A stretch of DNA of 64,000 bases from an uncultured Candidatus Saccharibacteria bacterium (GTDB taxonomy: Bacteria > Patescibacteriota > Minisyncoccia > Minisyncoccales > Staskawiczbacteraceae), in contig CAYZNK010000001.1 in the NCBI GenBank assembly GCA_964479955.1, positions 77,073 to 141,072 of the forward strand, given 5' to 3'. Every line of letters begins with the position of its first letter. The first letter of the stretch is position 1. The notes under the pieces are model-generated. The model searched no databases. It was not told the DNA's origin and worked only from the letters and a program-made list of their open reading frames with translations. Both the position numbers and the translations under genes were made by a program. Shown piece by piece: positions 38,859-48,285 of the stretch.

Positions 38859-39308
38859 CTATGATTTTAGCAAAAATATAAAGATTACAACCCACGCAAC
38901 CTGAGTTGAAAATCTCCAAAGTTTGGGGATTTTTTTGTTTTTAAGAATGTGGACCATATTATGGTGAAAATGGTCGTGTTTTTTTAGCAGTTTATTTGAA
39001 GAGAACTTGCTTAATATTGTTAGTCCGTCCGGAAGAACCGCAAAAAAAGCGGAGGCATAGATTTTAAAAGAATTTTCAGACAAAAGCCAAATAAGAAAAA
39101 TTCCCAGAACAAAATCAATGGTAATAGCCAGTATTTCAAAAAAAGATTGACCCCAGCGGTTATTTTTGATATTTTCAATAGGGTATTCAATATGTGGGAA
39201 AAGATCAAGAAAATAGTGTCCTAAAAAGGAAAAGAATACAGCCAAAGGCAGGCTTTTTAGAACAGAGCCGATAACCGCTCCAAATAGCAAGTGTATGAAT
39301 AAAACCAT
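38859..39308 (-). CDS. Small membrane protein, YdjM/DUF457-like metal-dependent hydrolase (tentative)
   Basis: Four TM helices with His-rich motifs (LGHYFLDLFPH, HDHFHH). Confidence 0.35.
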   Translation of the reverse strand: MVLFIHLLFGAVIGSVLKSLPLAVFFSFLGHYFLDLFPHIEYPIENIKNNRWGQSFFEILAITIDFVLGIFLIWLLSENSFKIYASAFFAVLPDGLTILSKFSSNKLLKKHDHFHHNMVHILKNKKIPKLWRFSTQVAWVVIFIFLLKS

Positions 39309-39365
39309 AGAAAATTTAGAAGAATAGTGTTAAAATCAACATAAGAATTACCTTAAGTATACATT

Positions 39366-40820
39366 ATGTTTAGAAAAAACAAAAAATTTTATGTGACTAC
39401 CAGCATACCTTACACAAATGCCTCTCCGCATATTGGTTTTGCTTTGGAAATTATACAGGCCGATGTATTGGCAAGGCATCAGAGGGTCTTGGGAAAAGAA
39501 GTGTTTTTTTTGACCGGTACAGACGAACACGGATTGAAAACATTAAGAGCTGCCAATCTTGCTGGAAAAGAGCCGCTGGAGTTTGCCGACGAAATCTCAG
39601 AAAAATTTAGAGAGCTGGCAAAGGATTTAAATATTTCAAACACTGATTTTATTAGGACAACTGACCAAATAAGGCATATGCCTTCAGTCTATAAATTATG
39701 GAAAAAATTTGAAGAAAACGGGGATATTTATAAAAAAAAGTATAAGGGGTATTATTGTCCTGGGTGCGAAGCATTCAAAACCCAAAAAGAACTTATAGAC
39801 GGAAAATGCTCTTTGCACCAAAAGGATGTTGAAATTGTTGAAGAGGAAAATTATTTTTTTAGACTTTCAAAATATTTGCCAAAAATAAAAAAAATAATTG
39901 CAGAAGAAAAATTAAAAATAATTCCGACAACAAGAAGGGCGGAAATTTTGAATATGATTGACCAAGGACTTGAAGATGTAAGTTTTTCAAGGGCAAAAGA
40001 AAAATACTGGGGATGGCCCGTTCCGGGCGATAATACCCAGAATTTTTATGTTTGGCAAGACGCATTGCCAAATTATATATCAGCTTTGGGATATTCAGAA
40101 GACAGCGAAAATTTTAAAAAATATTGGCCCGCAGATGTTCATTGCATAGGAAAAGATATTGTAAAATTCCATGCAATTTATTGGCCTGCAATGCTATTAT
40201 CAGCTGGGATAAAGCTTCCTGAATTAATTTTTATACACGGGTTTATAAATGTTGCGGGCCAGAAAATGTCCAAGTCCTTGGGAAATGTTGTTGACCCTTT
40301 TGAACTGGTTAAAAAATACGGAGTTGATGCTGTAAGATATTACCTTTTAAGAGAGATTATTCCCACAGAAGACGGAGATTTTACCTATGAGAAATTTGAG
40401 GCAAGATATAATGCTGATTTGGCCGGTGGGCTTGGGAATCTTTTATCAAGAACATTGGGAATAGCCGGCAAAATTTCTAATTTTAAATTTCTAATTTCTA
40501 ATAAATCTTTAAGCAATAATTCAAAAAAAGCCTTAAAGTATACAAAAGAAAAATATGTATTGGCTTTGGAAAATTTTAAATTCAATGAGGCCTTGGCAGC
40601 TGTTTGGGAACTTATAGGATATTGCGACAAATACATAAACGAAGAAAAACTTTGGCAGACAAAAAATCCTAAAGTTATAAACGAAATACTTTTCATATTA
40701 AAAGAGGTTTCGAGTTTGCTGTATCCTTTTTTGCCGGATTCATCAATAAAAATAAACCAAGCAATCAGCGGGGATTCTCTTAAAAAAGAAATTCCTGCTC
40801 TGTTTCCAAGAACGAATTAA
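39366..40820 (+). CDS. metG: Methionine--tRNA ligase
   Basis: YVTTSIPYTNASPHIGF (HIGH variant), zinc knuckle CPGC...C, KMSKSLGN. Confidence 0.94.
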   Translation: MFRKNKKFYVTTSIPYTNASPHIGFALEIIQADVLARHQRVLGKEVFFLTGTDEHGLKTLRAANLAGKEPLEFADEISEKFRELAKDLNISNTDFIRTTDQIRHMPSVYKLWKKFEENGDIYKKKYKGYYCPGCEAFKTQKELIDGKCSLHQKDVEIVEEENYFFRLSKYLPKIKKIIAEEKLKIIPTTRRAEILNMIDQGLEDVSFSRAKEKYWGWPVPGDNTQNFYVWQDALPNYISALGYSEDSENFKKYWPADVHCIGKDIVKFHAIYWPAMLLSAGIKLPELIFIHGFINVAGQKMSKSLGNVVDPFELVKKYGVDAVRYYLLREIIPTEDGDFTYEKFEARYNADLAGGLGNLLSRTLGIAGKISNFKFLISNKSLSNNSKKALKYTKEKYVLALENFKFNEALAAVWELIGYCDKYINEEKLWQTKNPKVINEILFILKEVSSLLYPFLPDSSIKINQAISGDSLKKEIPALFPRTN

Positions 40821-40972
40821 ACATTCCATAAAGGGGATGCTATGTTTTGCAAATTGTTGAAAGTGTTTTTAGGTATATTAAAAACATTTCTTTTGCTAAT
40901 GGGAATTATGCACCCGGAAGAAGAGATTAAAAGCCCTAAATCCAAGGCAAAGGAAGAGTTGGAGAAGAGATG

Positions 40973-41001
40973 TTGACTTTGTTCTTATAATTTGCTATAA
41001 T
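40973..41001 (+). promoter_or_regulatory. Near-consensus sigma70 promoter for csrA (TTGACT - 17 nt - TATAAT with TGC upstream)
   Basis: ttgactttgttcttataatttgctataat. The 16-mer tgctataataaatata is shared exactly with the promoter of the DGR target gene at 48821. Confidence 0.65.
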
Positions 41002-41077
41002 AAATATAGACCCTATTATCTTAAGCCACGACGGCTTAAGGCGTTGGCGAAACGCGTTTCCAGAAGGAGGAAAAAAG

Positions 41078-41299
41078 ATGTTGGTATTATCCCGAAAGAA
41101 AAACGAAAGTATTGTCATCGCAGATGACATTACAATCGTTGTCGTTGAAATCAGGGGTGACAAAGTTCGCCTCGGGGTAGAAGCCCCAAAAGAAGTGCCG
41201 GTGCACCGACGCGAAGTCTTCGACGCTATTCGGCGCAATGAAGCTGCTGCCAACGAAGGCAAGGGAGATATCGCTCAAAAGGGTGATAAGAACGACTAA
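41078..41299 (+). CDS. csrA: Carbon storage regulator CsrA/RsmA (RNA-binding translational regulator)
   Basis: MLVLSRKKNESIVIADDITIVVVEIRGDKVRLGVEAPKEVPVHRREV is a near-canonical CsrA sequence. AGGAGG SD. The gene is visibly GC-richer than its flanks. Confidence 0.93.
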   Translation: MLVLSRKKNESIVIADDITIVVVEIRGDKVRLGVEAPKEVPVHRREVFDAIRRNEAAANEGKGDIAQKGDKND

Positions 41300-41360
41300 G
41301 TTGGGATATCCCAACAAACCAAACCATGGGCAGGAAGCCTTGAGCAGCCTGCCTTTTTAT
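41300..41360 (+). terminator. csrA 3' structures: 16-nt palindrome gttgggatatcccaac, then ggcagg...cctgcc hairpin plus T5
   Basis: Hand-folded. The T-run at 41354-41358 follows the second stem. Confidence 0.65.
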
Positions 41361-41525
41361 TTTGTTCTCAATTATAAAATATATAAAAAAAATAACCCTT
41401 CACCAATTTTAATAATAACCTTGTATTAGAATAAAGGCAGCAGAAGGCGCTTCTCCTTTTAATCCCGACACACTGATAACTATTTTGAAATTGGTGATGA
41501 GGTTATTTTGTGTTAAAATATAGTC

Positions 41526-42350
41526 ATGATTATAATAGATACACACAGTCATTTAAATTTTAAGGCATATGATTTTGATAGAAACGATGTTATAAAAAGA
41601 ACCCAAGAGCAGGGTGTTTTTTGCATTGACGTTGGCACAAAATACGAAACTTCAAAAAGGGCTGTTGAGTTGGCAAAAAATAACGAAAATATATATGCTG
41701 CGATCGGGATGCATCCCATTCATATAAAAACGGATTTGTTGAAAATAAAAATGGACAGCAACGAAGGGGATTTTATGCCGCATGGAGAAGATTTTAATTA
41801 TGAAAACTATAAAAAGCTAGCTCAAAGCAGCAAAAAAGTGGTTGCAATCGGTGAAATAGGTTTGGATTATTATTACAAGCCAAAATCAAAAATAAAATTT
41901 GAAGAATTTAGAAATATCCAAAAACAGGTTTTTATAAAACAGCTGGATTTGGCAGAAGAATTGGGTTTGCCGGTTATTATTCATTGCAGAATGGCGCACA
42001 AAGATGTTATTGAAATTATTAAAGATAGAAAATTGCGCGGAGTTGTACATTGCTTTACCGGGACAACAGAAGAGATGAAGCAATATCTTGCCCTGGGATT
42101 TTACATTGGCATTAACGGAATAGTTTTTAAGCTTGATTTGGATGAGGTTGTAAAACAATGCCCGCTTAATAAAATTTTGACAGAAACAGACTGCCCATAT
42201 CTTACTCCTCCTGCAGAAGGAAAAGACAAGAAGAATGAGCCAATTTTTGTAAAATACATAACCCAAAAAATTGCGGATATTAAAAAATTGGATTTTGAGG
42301 AGGTAGCTGATGCAACTCTTAAAAACGCAAAAGAATTATTTAATATTTAA
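41526..42350 (+). CDS. tatD: TatD family metal-dependent hydrolase/DNase
   Basis: IIDTHSHLNF, GEIGLDYYY, IIHCR, VHCFTG, ETDCPYL. Confidence 0.9.
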   Translation: MIIIDTHSHLNFKAYDFDRNDVIKRTQEQGVFCIDVGTKYETSKRAVELAKNNENIYAAIGMHPIHIKTDLLKIKMDSNEGDFMPHGEDFNYENYKKLAQSSKKVVAIGEIGLDYYYKPKSKIKFEEFRNIQKQVFIKQLDLAEELGLPVIIHCRMAHKDVIEIIKDRKLRGVVHCFTGTTEEMKQYLALGFYIGINGIVFKLDLDEVVKQCPLNKILTETDCPYLTPPAEGKDKKNEPIFVKYITQKIADIKKLDFEEVADATLKNAKELFNI

Positions 42351-42400
42351 AGCAAAAAAGAACGCCCTAAACCCAAAGATGGGTCGGGCGATTTTTTTGT

Positions 42401-42757
42401 TCAGATTTTCCTGTATCCATATTTGATTTCCCCCTTTTCCCAAATATCTAATATTGTTTGGGGGACATTGCGCAAGATTATGAAACGGGGCTTTTTATTG
42501 TAACAGATTTCTCCGTCAAATTCTCCGACAACCGCGAGACCTCTGTTATAGTCGGCAAAGAAAAAACAATATTCCTTGCCAACCTCAAAACCTGTTTTTT
42601 CTGTTGCTGAATCTGGCTCTGGCTCTACCAAAGTGATGAGCATTTGATTTGTCTGATTTATTTGCCGACCCTGTCTATCAATCTCGCGTTTATTCATAAT
42701 TGTCATAACAAAGAAAAAGACAGACAGTACAACAAGTGCTTTGTGTCCGTTTTTCAT
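42401..42757 (-). CDS. Hypothetical membrane-anchored protein (118 aa)
   Basis: N-terminal TM helix (ALVVLSVFFFVMTIM) and a soluble domain with no recognisable motif. Confidence 0.5.
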   Translation of the reverse strand: MKNGHKALVVLSVFFFVMTIMNKREIDRQGRQINQTNQMLITLVEPEPDSATEKTGFEVGKEYCFFFADYNRGLAVVGEFDGEICYNKKPRFIILRNVPQTILDIWEKGEIKYGYRKI

Positions 42758-42874
42758 TGCGTTTTCCTGTTTTCAATTCTGGTGAAGTTGTAAAAGAAGC
42801 TAAGTCAAGAATAACATAATTAAAACAAAGGTCAAGATTTACCCGAATAAATTTATTTGATATTATAAATTATT

Positions 42875-45316
42875 ATGATAAGGTATAATCCCCAAAAAAT
42901 AGAGAAGAAGTGGCAGGATAAATGGTATAAATCCGGAGTTTTTGCTGCCAGAGATAAATCCAAAAAAAGAAAATTTTACCTTTTGCTTGAGTTTCCTTAT
43001 CCCTCAGGAGACGGGCTTCACGTGGGACATTGCAGGCCTTACGTTGCCCTAGATGCCTTGGCGCGCAAAAGAAGAATGGAAGGTTATAATGTTATGTTTC
43101 CAATGGGTTGGGATGCTTTTGGGTTGCCAACCGAAAACTATGCGATTAAAAAGGGGGTGCATCCGTCTGTTGTAACAAAGAAAAATACAGATAATTTTAG
43201 AAGGCAAATGAAGAGTCTGGGGCTGTCTTTTGACTGGAGCCGGGAGATAAACACAACGGACCCCAAATATTACAAATGGACGCAATGGATATTTCTGCAG
43301 CTATTCAAAAACGGAATGGCTTATAAAGATAGGATTGCGATAAACTGGTGCCCTTCATGTAAGATTGGTTTGGCAAACGAAGAAGTTGTTTCAGGGAAAT
43401 GCGAGAGGTGCGGGCAAAAAGTTGAAAAAAGGGAAAAGGAACAATGGATGATAAGGATAAAAAAATACGCAGACAGGTTGATTAAGGATTTGGATTTGGT
43501 TGATTTTCAGGAAAGAGTAAAAATCCAGCAGAGAGACTGGATTGGGGAGTCAAAAGGAATGCTTGTAAAGTTTTTAATAAAGGGGGTTGAAGACCCTGTT
43601 GAAGTTTTTACAACAAGAATAGACACTATTTTTTCCGGTACATTTTTAATATTGTCTCCCGGAAATAATTTTATAGATAGACATAAAAATAAAATAGAAA
43701 ATTTAGAAGAGGTTTTAAAATATAGAGAGGACGCAAAAAATATTTCTGATGCTGATAGAACAAAGGAAGAAAAAGAAATAACAGGGGTTGAACTGAAGGG
43801 GATAAGCGCCATCAATCCTGCAACAGGAGAGGATATGCCTGTTTGGATAGCTGATTTTGTATTGGAAAATTATGCAACAGGGGCTGTTTTTGCCGATGCC
43901 CATGATAGCAGGGATTTTAAAATGGCAAAAAAATACGGTATACCGCTAAGGACATCCATAGAGCCCGATAATCAGGAACTTGCCTCTAAAGTTAAAAATT
44001 TGGAAGAATGTTATGAGGGAGACGGCATATTATATAACTCTGCGCAGTTCAACGGAATGAAATCTGAGCTTGCCAGATTTGAAATTGGAAGATGGCTTAA
44101 TTCAAAAGGACTGGCTGAAAGTAGGACAAACTATAAATTAAGGGACTGGGTTTTTTCAAGGCAGCACTATTGGGGTGAACCAATACCAATGGTTTATTGT
44201 CAAAAATGCGGATGGCAAGCGCTAAATGAAAAGGATTTACCTATAGAGCTTCCAAAAGTGAAAAAATACAAGCCAACAGATACGGGGGAATCTCCTTTGT
44301 CGGTAATTAAAAAATGGGTAGATGTTAAGTGTCCGAAATGCAAGGAAAAGGCTGTCAGGGAAACAGATACAATGCCGAATTGGGCAGGTTCAAACTGGTA
44401 TTTTTTAAGATATACTGACCCTAAAAATAATAAAGAATTGGCAGAAAGAAAACTTTTGAGATATTGGATGCCTGTTGATTGGTATAATGGTGGAATGGAG
44501 CATACAACTCTGCATTTGTTATATTCGCGTTTTATTTATAAATTTTTATGGGATATAAAAGCTGTCCCCCAGTCTCTTGGGCCCGAGCCTTATAAAAAAA
44601 GAACTTCCCATGGAATGGTTCTGGGAGAAGGCGGAATAAAAATGTCCAAATCAAAAGGAAATGTTATTAATCCCGACAAGGTTGTGAAAGATTATGGAGC
44701 AGATACATTAAGGGTTTACGAAATGTTTATGGGACCGTTTGAACAGATGATTCCTTGGGACACAAAAGGAGTTGTGGGTTCCCGCAGGTTTTTGGAAAAG
44801 ATTTATAAGTTAGTTTTAAAAAATGAGCCGTCAAATCCAAGCGAAGAAAATTTAAAAAGAGCTTTGCATAAAACAGTAAAAAAGGTTTCAGAAGATATTG
44901 AAACAATGAAATTTAATACGGCAATAAGCTGCTTGATGGAGTTTATTAACACATGGGGTAATTCCGAAAATAAGAATTTGGATAAAAAAGATTTAGATTC
45001 TTTCCTAAAAGTTTTGTCTGTTTTTGCCCCCCATTTGTCAGAAGAGTTATGGCAACAGAAAAAAAATGAAGGTTTTTGTTGCAACCAGAAATGGCCAAAA
45101 TATGACCAGACCCTGATGAAAGAAAATAAAGTAATGATTATCGTCCAGGTGAACGGAAAGGTCAGGGACAAGATAGAAGCTCGAGCTGGAATTTCCCAAA
45201 TCCAGGTTGAAAAATTAGCTAAAGAGAGTTTAAAAATAAAATCTTGGATAAAAAATTTTGATGAAATAAAAAAAATTATATTTATCCCCGATAAATTAAT
45301 AAATATTGTAATATAA
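42875..45316 (+). CDS. leuS: Leucine--tRNA ligase
   Basis: FPYPSGDGLHVGHCR (HIGH), CP1 editing domain, KMSKSKGN; 813 aa. Confidence 0.95.
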   Translation: MIRYNPQKIEKKWQDKWYKSGVFAARDKSKKRKFYLLLEFPYPSGDGLHVGHCRPYVALDALARKRRMEGYNVMFPMGWDAFGLPTENYAIKKGVHPSVVTKKNTDNFRRQMKSLGLSFDWSREINTTDPKYYKWTQWIFLQLFKNGMAYKDRIAINWCPSCKIGLANEEVVSGKCERCGQKVEKREKEQWMIRIKKYADRLIKDLDLVDFQERVKIQQRDWIGESKGMLVKFLIKGVEDPVEVFTTRIDTIFSGTFLILSPGNNFIDRHKNKIENLEEVLKYREDAKNISDADRTKEEKEITGVELKGISAINPATGEDMPVWIADFVLENYATGAVFADAHDSRDFKMAKKYGIPLRTSIEPDNQELASKVKNLEECYEGDGILYNSAQFNGMKSELARFEIGRWLNSKGLAESRTNYKLRDWVFSRQHYWGEPIPMVYCQKCGWQALNEKDLPIELPKVKKYKPTDTGESPLSVIKKWVDVKCPKCKEKAVRETDTMPNWAGSNWYFLRYTDPKNNKELAERKLLRYWMPVDWYNGGMEHTTLHLLYSRFIYKFLWDIKAVPQSLGPEPYKKRTSHGMVLGEGGIKMSKSKGNVINPDKVVKDYGADTLRVYEMFMGPFEQMIPWDTKGVVGSRRFLEKIYKLVLKNEPSNPSEENLKRALHKTVKKVSEDIETMKFNTAISCLMEFINTWGNSENKNLDKKDLDSFLKVLSVFAPHLSEELWQQKKNEGFCCNQKWPKYDQTLMKENKVMIIVQVNGKVRDKIEARAGISQIQVEKLAKESLKIKSWIKNFDEIKKIIFIPDKLINIVI

Positions 45317-45317
45317 T

Positions 45318-46943
45318 ATGCCAAAAGAAATTTTGTTAGGAAACGACGCAATAATAATGGGGGCCTTAAGGGCGGGAGTAAGTTTTGTTTCAGGGTATCC
45401 TGGGTGTCCTTCCGCTGAAATCGGAGACGATTTTGCAAAAATTGCAAAACAAAAAGGAATGTATGTTGAGTGGTCAAGCAATGAGAAAACAGCCCTAGAA
45501 GCTGCTATTGGAGCAAGTTTTTCAGGAGTAAAATCGCTGGTAAATATGAAAAGTTTTGGTATAAATGTATGTTCTGATGCCCTGTTCCCATTAGCCTATA
45601 CGGGCACAAAAGCTCCCATGGTTATTGTTGTTGCCGACGACCCTTCATGTCATAGCTCCGCTCAGTCTGAGCAAGACTCAAGGGGTTATGCTTTTATTTC
45701 AAAAATTCCGATATTAGACCCGGCTGACCCGCAGGAATGTTATGACTTTACAAAATTAGCCTTTGAAGTATCTGAAAAATTTAACACGCCTGTAATTCTA
45801 AGACCAACAACCAGGGCTGCGCATCAAAGAGCGGTTGTTGTTTTTGAAAAAACTGATAAGTTGCCGGAAAAAAATGGAGAGTTTGTTAAAAATCCACACC
45901 AGTATTCTACGATGCCTCCAAGGACGCTAGAAATGAAAAAAGAACTGTTAAAAAAAATAAAAAAAATAAAAGCATATTCTGAAAAGTCAAAAGCAAATCG
46001 TATACTGGGAAATAAAAAATCTAAATTGGGGATTATAGCCTCCGGTGTTTCTGTTTTGTATGCCAAAGAAGCATTGCAAGAGATGAATATAGATGCAACA
46101 ATTTTAGAGTTAGGATTTTTTTATCCTTTGCCTGAAAAATTAATTTCAAATTTTTTAAAAAGCAAAAATATCGTTTTGGTGGCAGAAGAGATGAGTTCTT
46201 ATATTGAAAAAGAAGTCTTATCGATTGCCAAAGATACTAATCCAAAAATCAAAATTTTTGGAAAAAATGTTTTGCCGGAGGCAGGGGAATTGAATCCTGA
46301 AACTGTTTGTATTGCTTTAGTAAAAATAACAGGAAAAAAATATAATAAATTCCCAATAAAAAAATTGAACTTGCCCAAGAGAACAGCAAGGCTCTGCGAA
46401 GGATGTCCTTATTGGTATATTTTGCCGACAGTAAAAAGAATAGCTCCGGAAGGAACAATTTTTGCAGGAGACATAGGGTGCAATATGATGGGAGTATTGC
46501 CCCCGCATTCAATGTATGATTTTATGTTTTGTATGGGTTCATCAATCGGAATCTCCCACGGCATAAGAAAAACAACCAGTCAGAAAGTCATTTCTTTTAT
46601 GGGAGACGGCACATTTTTTCACTCCGGAATTGAAGGTATGATAAACGCTGTTTATAATAAATCAAATCCGTTAATGATTATAATGGATAATAGAATAACA
46701 GCAATGACAGGTCACCAGACAAATCCTGGAATGGGAAAAACAATAATGGGAGAAGATTCGCAAGAGCTTCAGATAGCAGATATTGCAAAATCTTGCGGAG
46801 TAAAGCACATAAAAGTTTTAGACCCCATAAACGTAAAAGAGCTTGAAGATTCTGTTCTGGAATTTTTAAAAAAAGACGAGATATCTTTAATAGTATGCAA
46901 ACGCGTTTGCGCCCTGCTGGAAAGGAGACAAAAAAAACTATAA
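45318..46943 (+). CDS. iorA: Indolepyruvate:ferredoxin oxidoreductase subunit alpha (TPP-binding)
   Basis: GNDAIIMGALRAGVSFVSGYPGCPSAEI, and a C-terminal TPP motif GDIGC...GDGTFFHSG. No ferredoxin-type Cys cluster domain at the C-terminus. Confidence 0.8.
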   Translation: MPKEILLGNDAIIMGALRAGVSFVSGYPGCPSAEIGDDFAKIAKQKGMYVEWSSNEKTALEAAIGASFSGVKSLVNMKSFGINVCSDALFPLAYTGTKAPMVIVVADDPSCHSSAQSEQDSRGYAFISKIPILDPADPQECYDFTKLAFEVSEKFNTPVILRPTTRAAHQRAVVVFEKTDKLPEKNGEFVKNPHQYSTMPPRTLEMKKELLKKIKKIKAYSEKSKANRILGNKKSKLGIIASGVSVLYAKEALQEMNIDATILELGFFYPLPEKLISNFLKSKNIVLVAEEMSSYIEKEVLSIAKDTNPKIKIFGKNVLPEAGELNPETVCIALVKITGKKYNKFPIKKLNLPKRTARLCEGCPYWYILPTVKRIAPEGTIFAGDIGCNMMGVLPPHSMYDFMFCMGSSIGISHGIRKTTSQKVISFMGDGTFFHSGIEGMINAVYNKSNPLMIIMDNRITAMTGHQTNPGMGKTIMGEDSQELQIADIAKSCGVKHIKVLDPINVKELEDSVLEFLKKDEISLIVCKRVCALLERRQKKL

Positions 46944-46955
46944 ACTAAAAAAACT

Positions 46956-47528
46956 ATGGAAAAAATTTTCAATTTAATACTAAACGGAGTAGGCGGACAG
47001 GGGGTGATAACCATGCTGTCTTTGATTGACCAGGCGGCTCTTATTGAAGGATATGACGTAAGGTCTTCTGAATTGCACGGTTTGTCTCAAAGGGGAGGAA
47101 GTGTTGAAACCCATATCCGATTTGGGAAAAATGTTAACTCACCATTAATTTCAAATGGAAAGGCGGACCTGATAATTTCTTTGGAAATTTTAGAAGCGCT
47201 TAGGGAAACAGAAAAATCAGGAAAAGATACAAAATTTTTGATAAATGAATTTTTGCTCCCTTTTCAGGGAAGTTTGCAAAAAGAAGAAATAAAACAACAA
47301 CTTTCTTTAATTAAAAATGAAATGCACATAACAAAGGCATCGGAAATATGTAAGGAAAAACTGCAGAACGAAATTGTCAGTACAACTTATCTTTTGGGGT
47401 ATGCTGTGAATAAAAATTTGATACCCCTAAAAAAGGAGTCAGTTTTGTCTGCAATAGAAAAAATAATTCCGGAAAAATACAGACAAATAAACATTAATGC
47501 GTTTAATTTAGCTTATGCCAATAACTAA
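46956..47528 (+). CDS. iorB: Indolepyruvate:ferredoxin oxidoreductase subunit beta (gamma-domain family)
   Basis: LNGVGGQGVITM...SSELHGLSQRGGSVETHIRFG. Confidence 0.8.
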   Translation: MEKIFNLILNGVGGQGVITMLSLIDQAALIEGYDVRSSELHGLSQRGGSVETHIRFGKNVNSPLISNGKADLIISLEILEALRETEKSGKDTKFLINEFLLPFQGSLQKEEIKQQLSLIKNEMHITKASEICKEKLQNEIVSTTYLLGYAVNKNLIPLKKESVLSAIEKIIPEKYRQININAFNLAYANN

Positions 47529-48285
47529 AGTTGTAATCGCGGCCGCTGGGCAAGGGACTCGCATGTTAAGACTGACAAATAACAAGCCAAAACATCTTAT
47601 AAATGTATGCAAGAGGCCATTTTTGGCTTATTTGCTTGATAATTTGTTTGAGGCAGGATACAAAGACATAATCCTGGTAGTGGGATACAAAGAGGACTTG
47701 ATGAAAAAATTTTTGGAGGGATATAAGTCTTCAATAAAAGATCCTAAGAAAATAATAACACTTGTAAGTCAATATGAAATTTTAGGGTCAAAAGAAAAAG
47801 AATATGGAACAGCTTGTCCTGTAAAGTGTGTAAAAGATGCAGTGGGAGATGAGTCGTTCGTCTTTCTATATGGAGATAATTTGTATTCTATAGAAGACCT
47901 AAGAAAAATGAACAGAGATGATGAATACTGTTATGTGGCTGGAATTGAAAACGAAAACCCTGAGAAATACGGGGTCTTGATAACAGAAGGAGGGTTCCTA
48001 AAAGAAATTATTGAAAAGCCGAAGGAATATGTAGGGAATTTAATAAACACCGGACTTTATAAATTCACCCCGGATATTTTTAAAAAGTTACCGCAGATAA
48101 AAAAATCTTCCAGGGGAGAATTTGAGATTACGGATGCCGTTTCTCTTTTAGCTAAAGAAAAAAAGGTTAAAGTTAAAAAGATTGAGGACTATTGGAAAGA
48201 TTTTGGAAACCCGGGAGACGTTATAAAGATTTCAAAGCTTTTTAAAAATGGATTTTTTAAAAAATTCAAAAGGCGCGCTAAATAA
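47515..48285 (+). CDS. Sugar-phosphate nucleotidyltransferase (NTP transferase family)
   Basis: N-terminal VIAAAGQGTRMLRLTNNKPKHL signature G-x-G-T-R; 256 aa. Confidence 0.8.
   Translation: MPITKVVIAAAGQGTRMLRLTNNKPKHLINVCKRPFLAYLLDNLFEAGYKDIILVVGYKEDLMKKFLEGYKSSIKDPKKIITLVSQYEILGSKEKEYGTACPVKCVKDAVGDESFVFLYGDNLYSIEDLRKMNRDDEYCYVAGIENENPEKYGVLITEGGFLKEIIEKPKEYVGNLINTGLYKFTPDIFKKLPQIKKSSRGEFEITDAVSLLAKEKKVKVKKIEDYWKDFGNPGDVIKISKLFKNGFFKKFKRRAK

Noticed and set aside
40936-41317. Two minus-strand ORFs (108 aa and 76 aa) antisense to csrA
   Set aside because: Both are shadow ORFs in a GC-richer patch. The plus-strand frame encodes an unmistakable CsrA with a promoter, SD and terminator.
44803-45477. 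224-aa minus-strand ORF spanning the leuS/iorA junction
   Set aside because: It is antisense to two confidently identified genes, has a low-complexity F/L/K/S-rich sequence, and shows no family resemblance.
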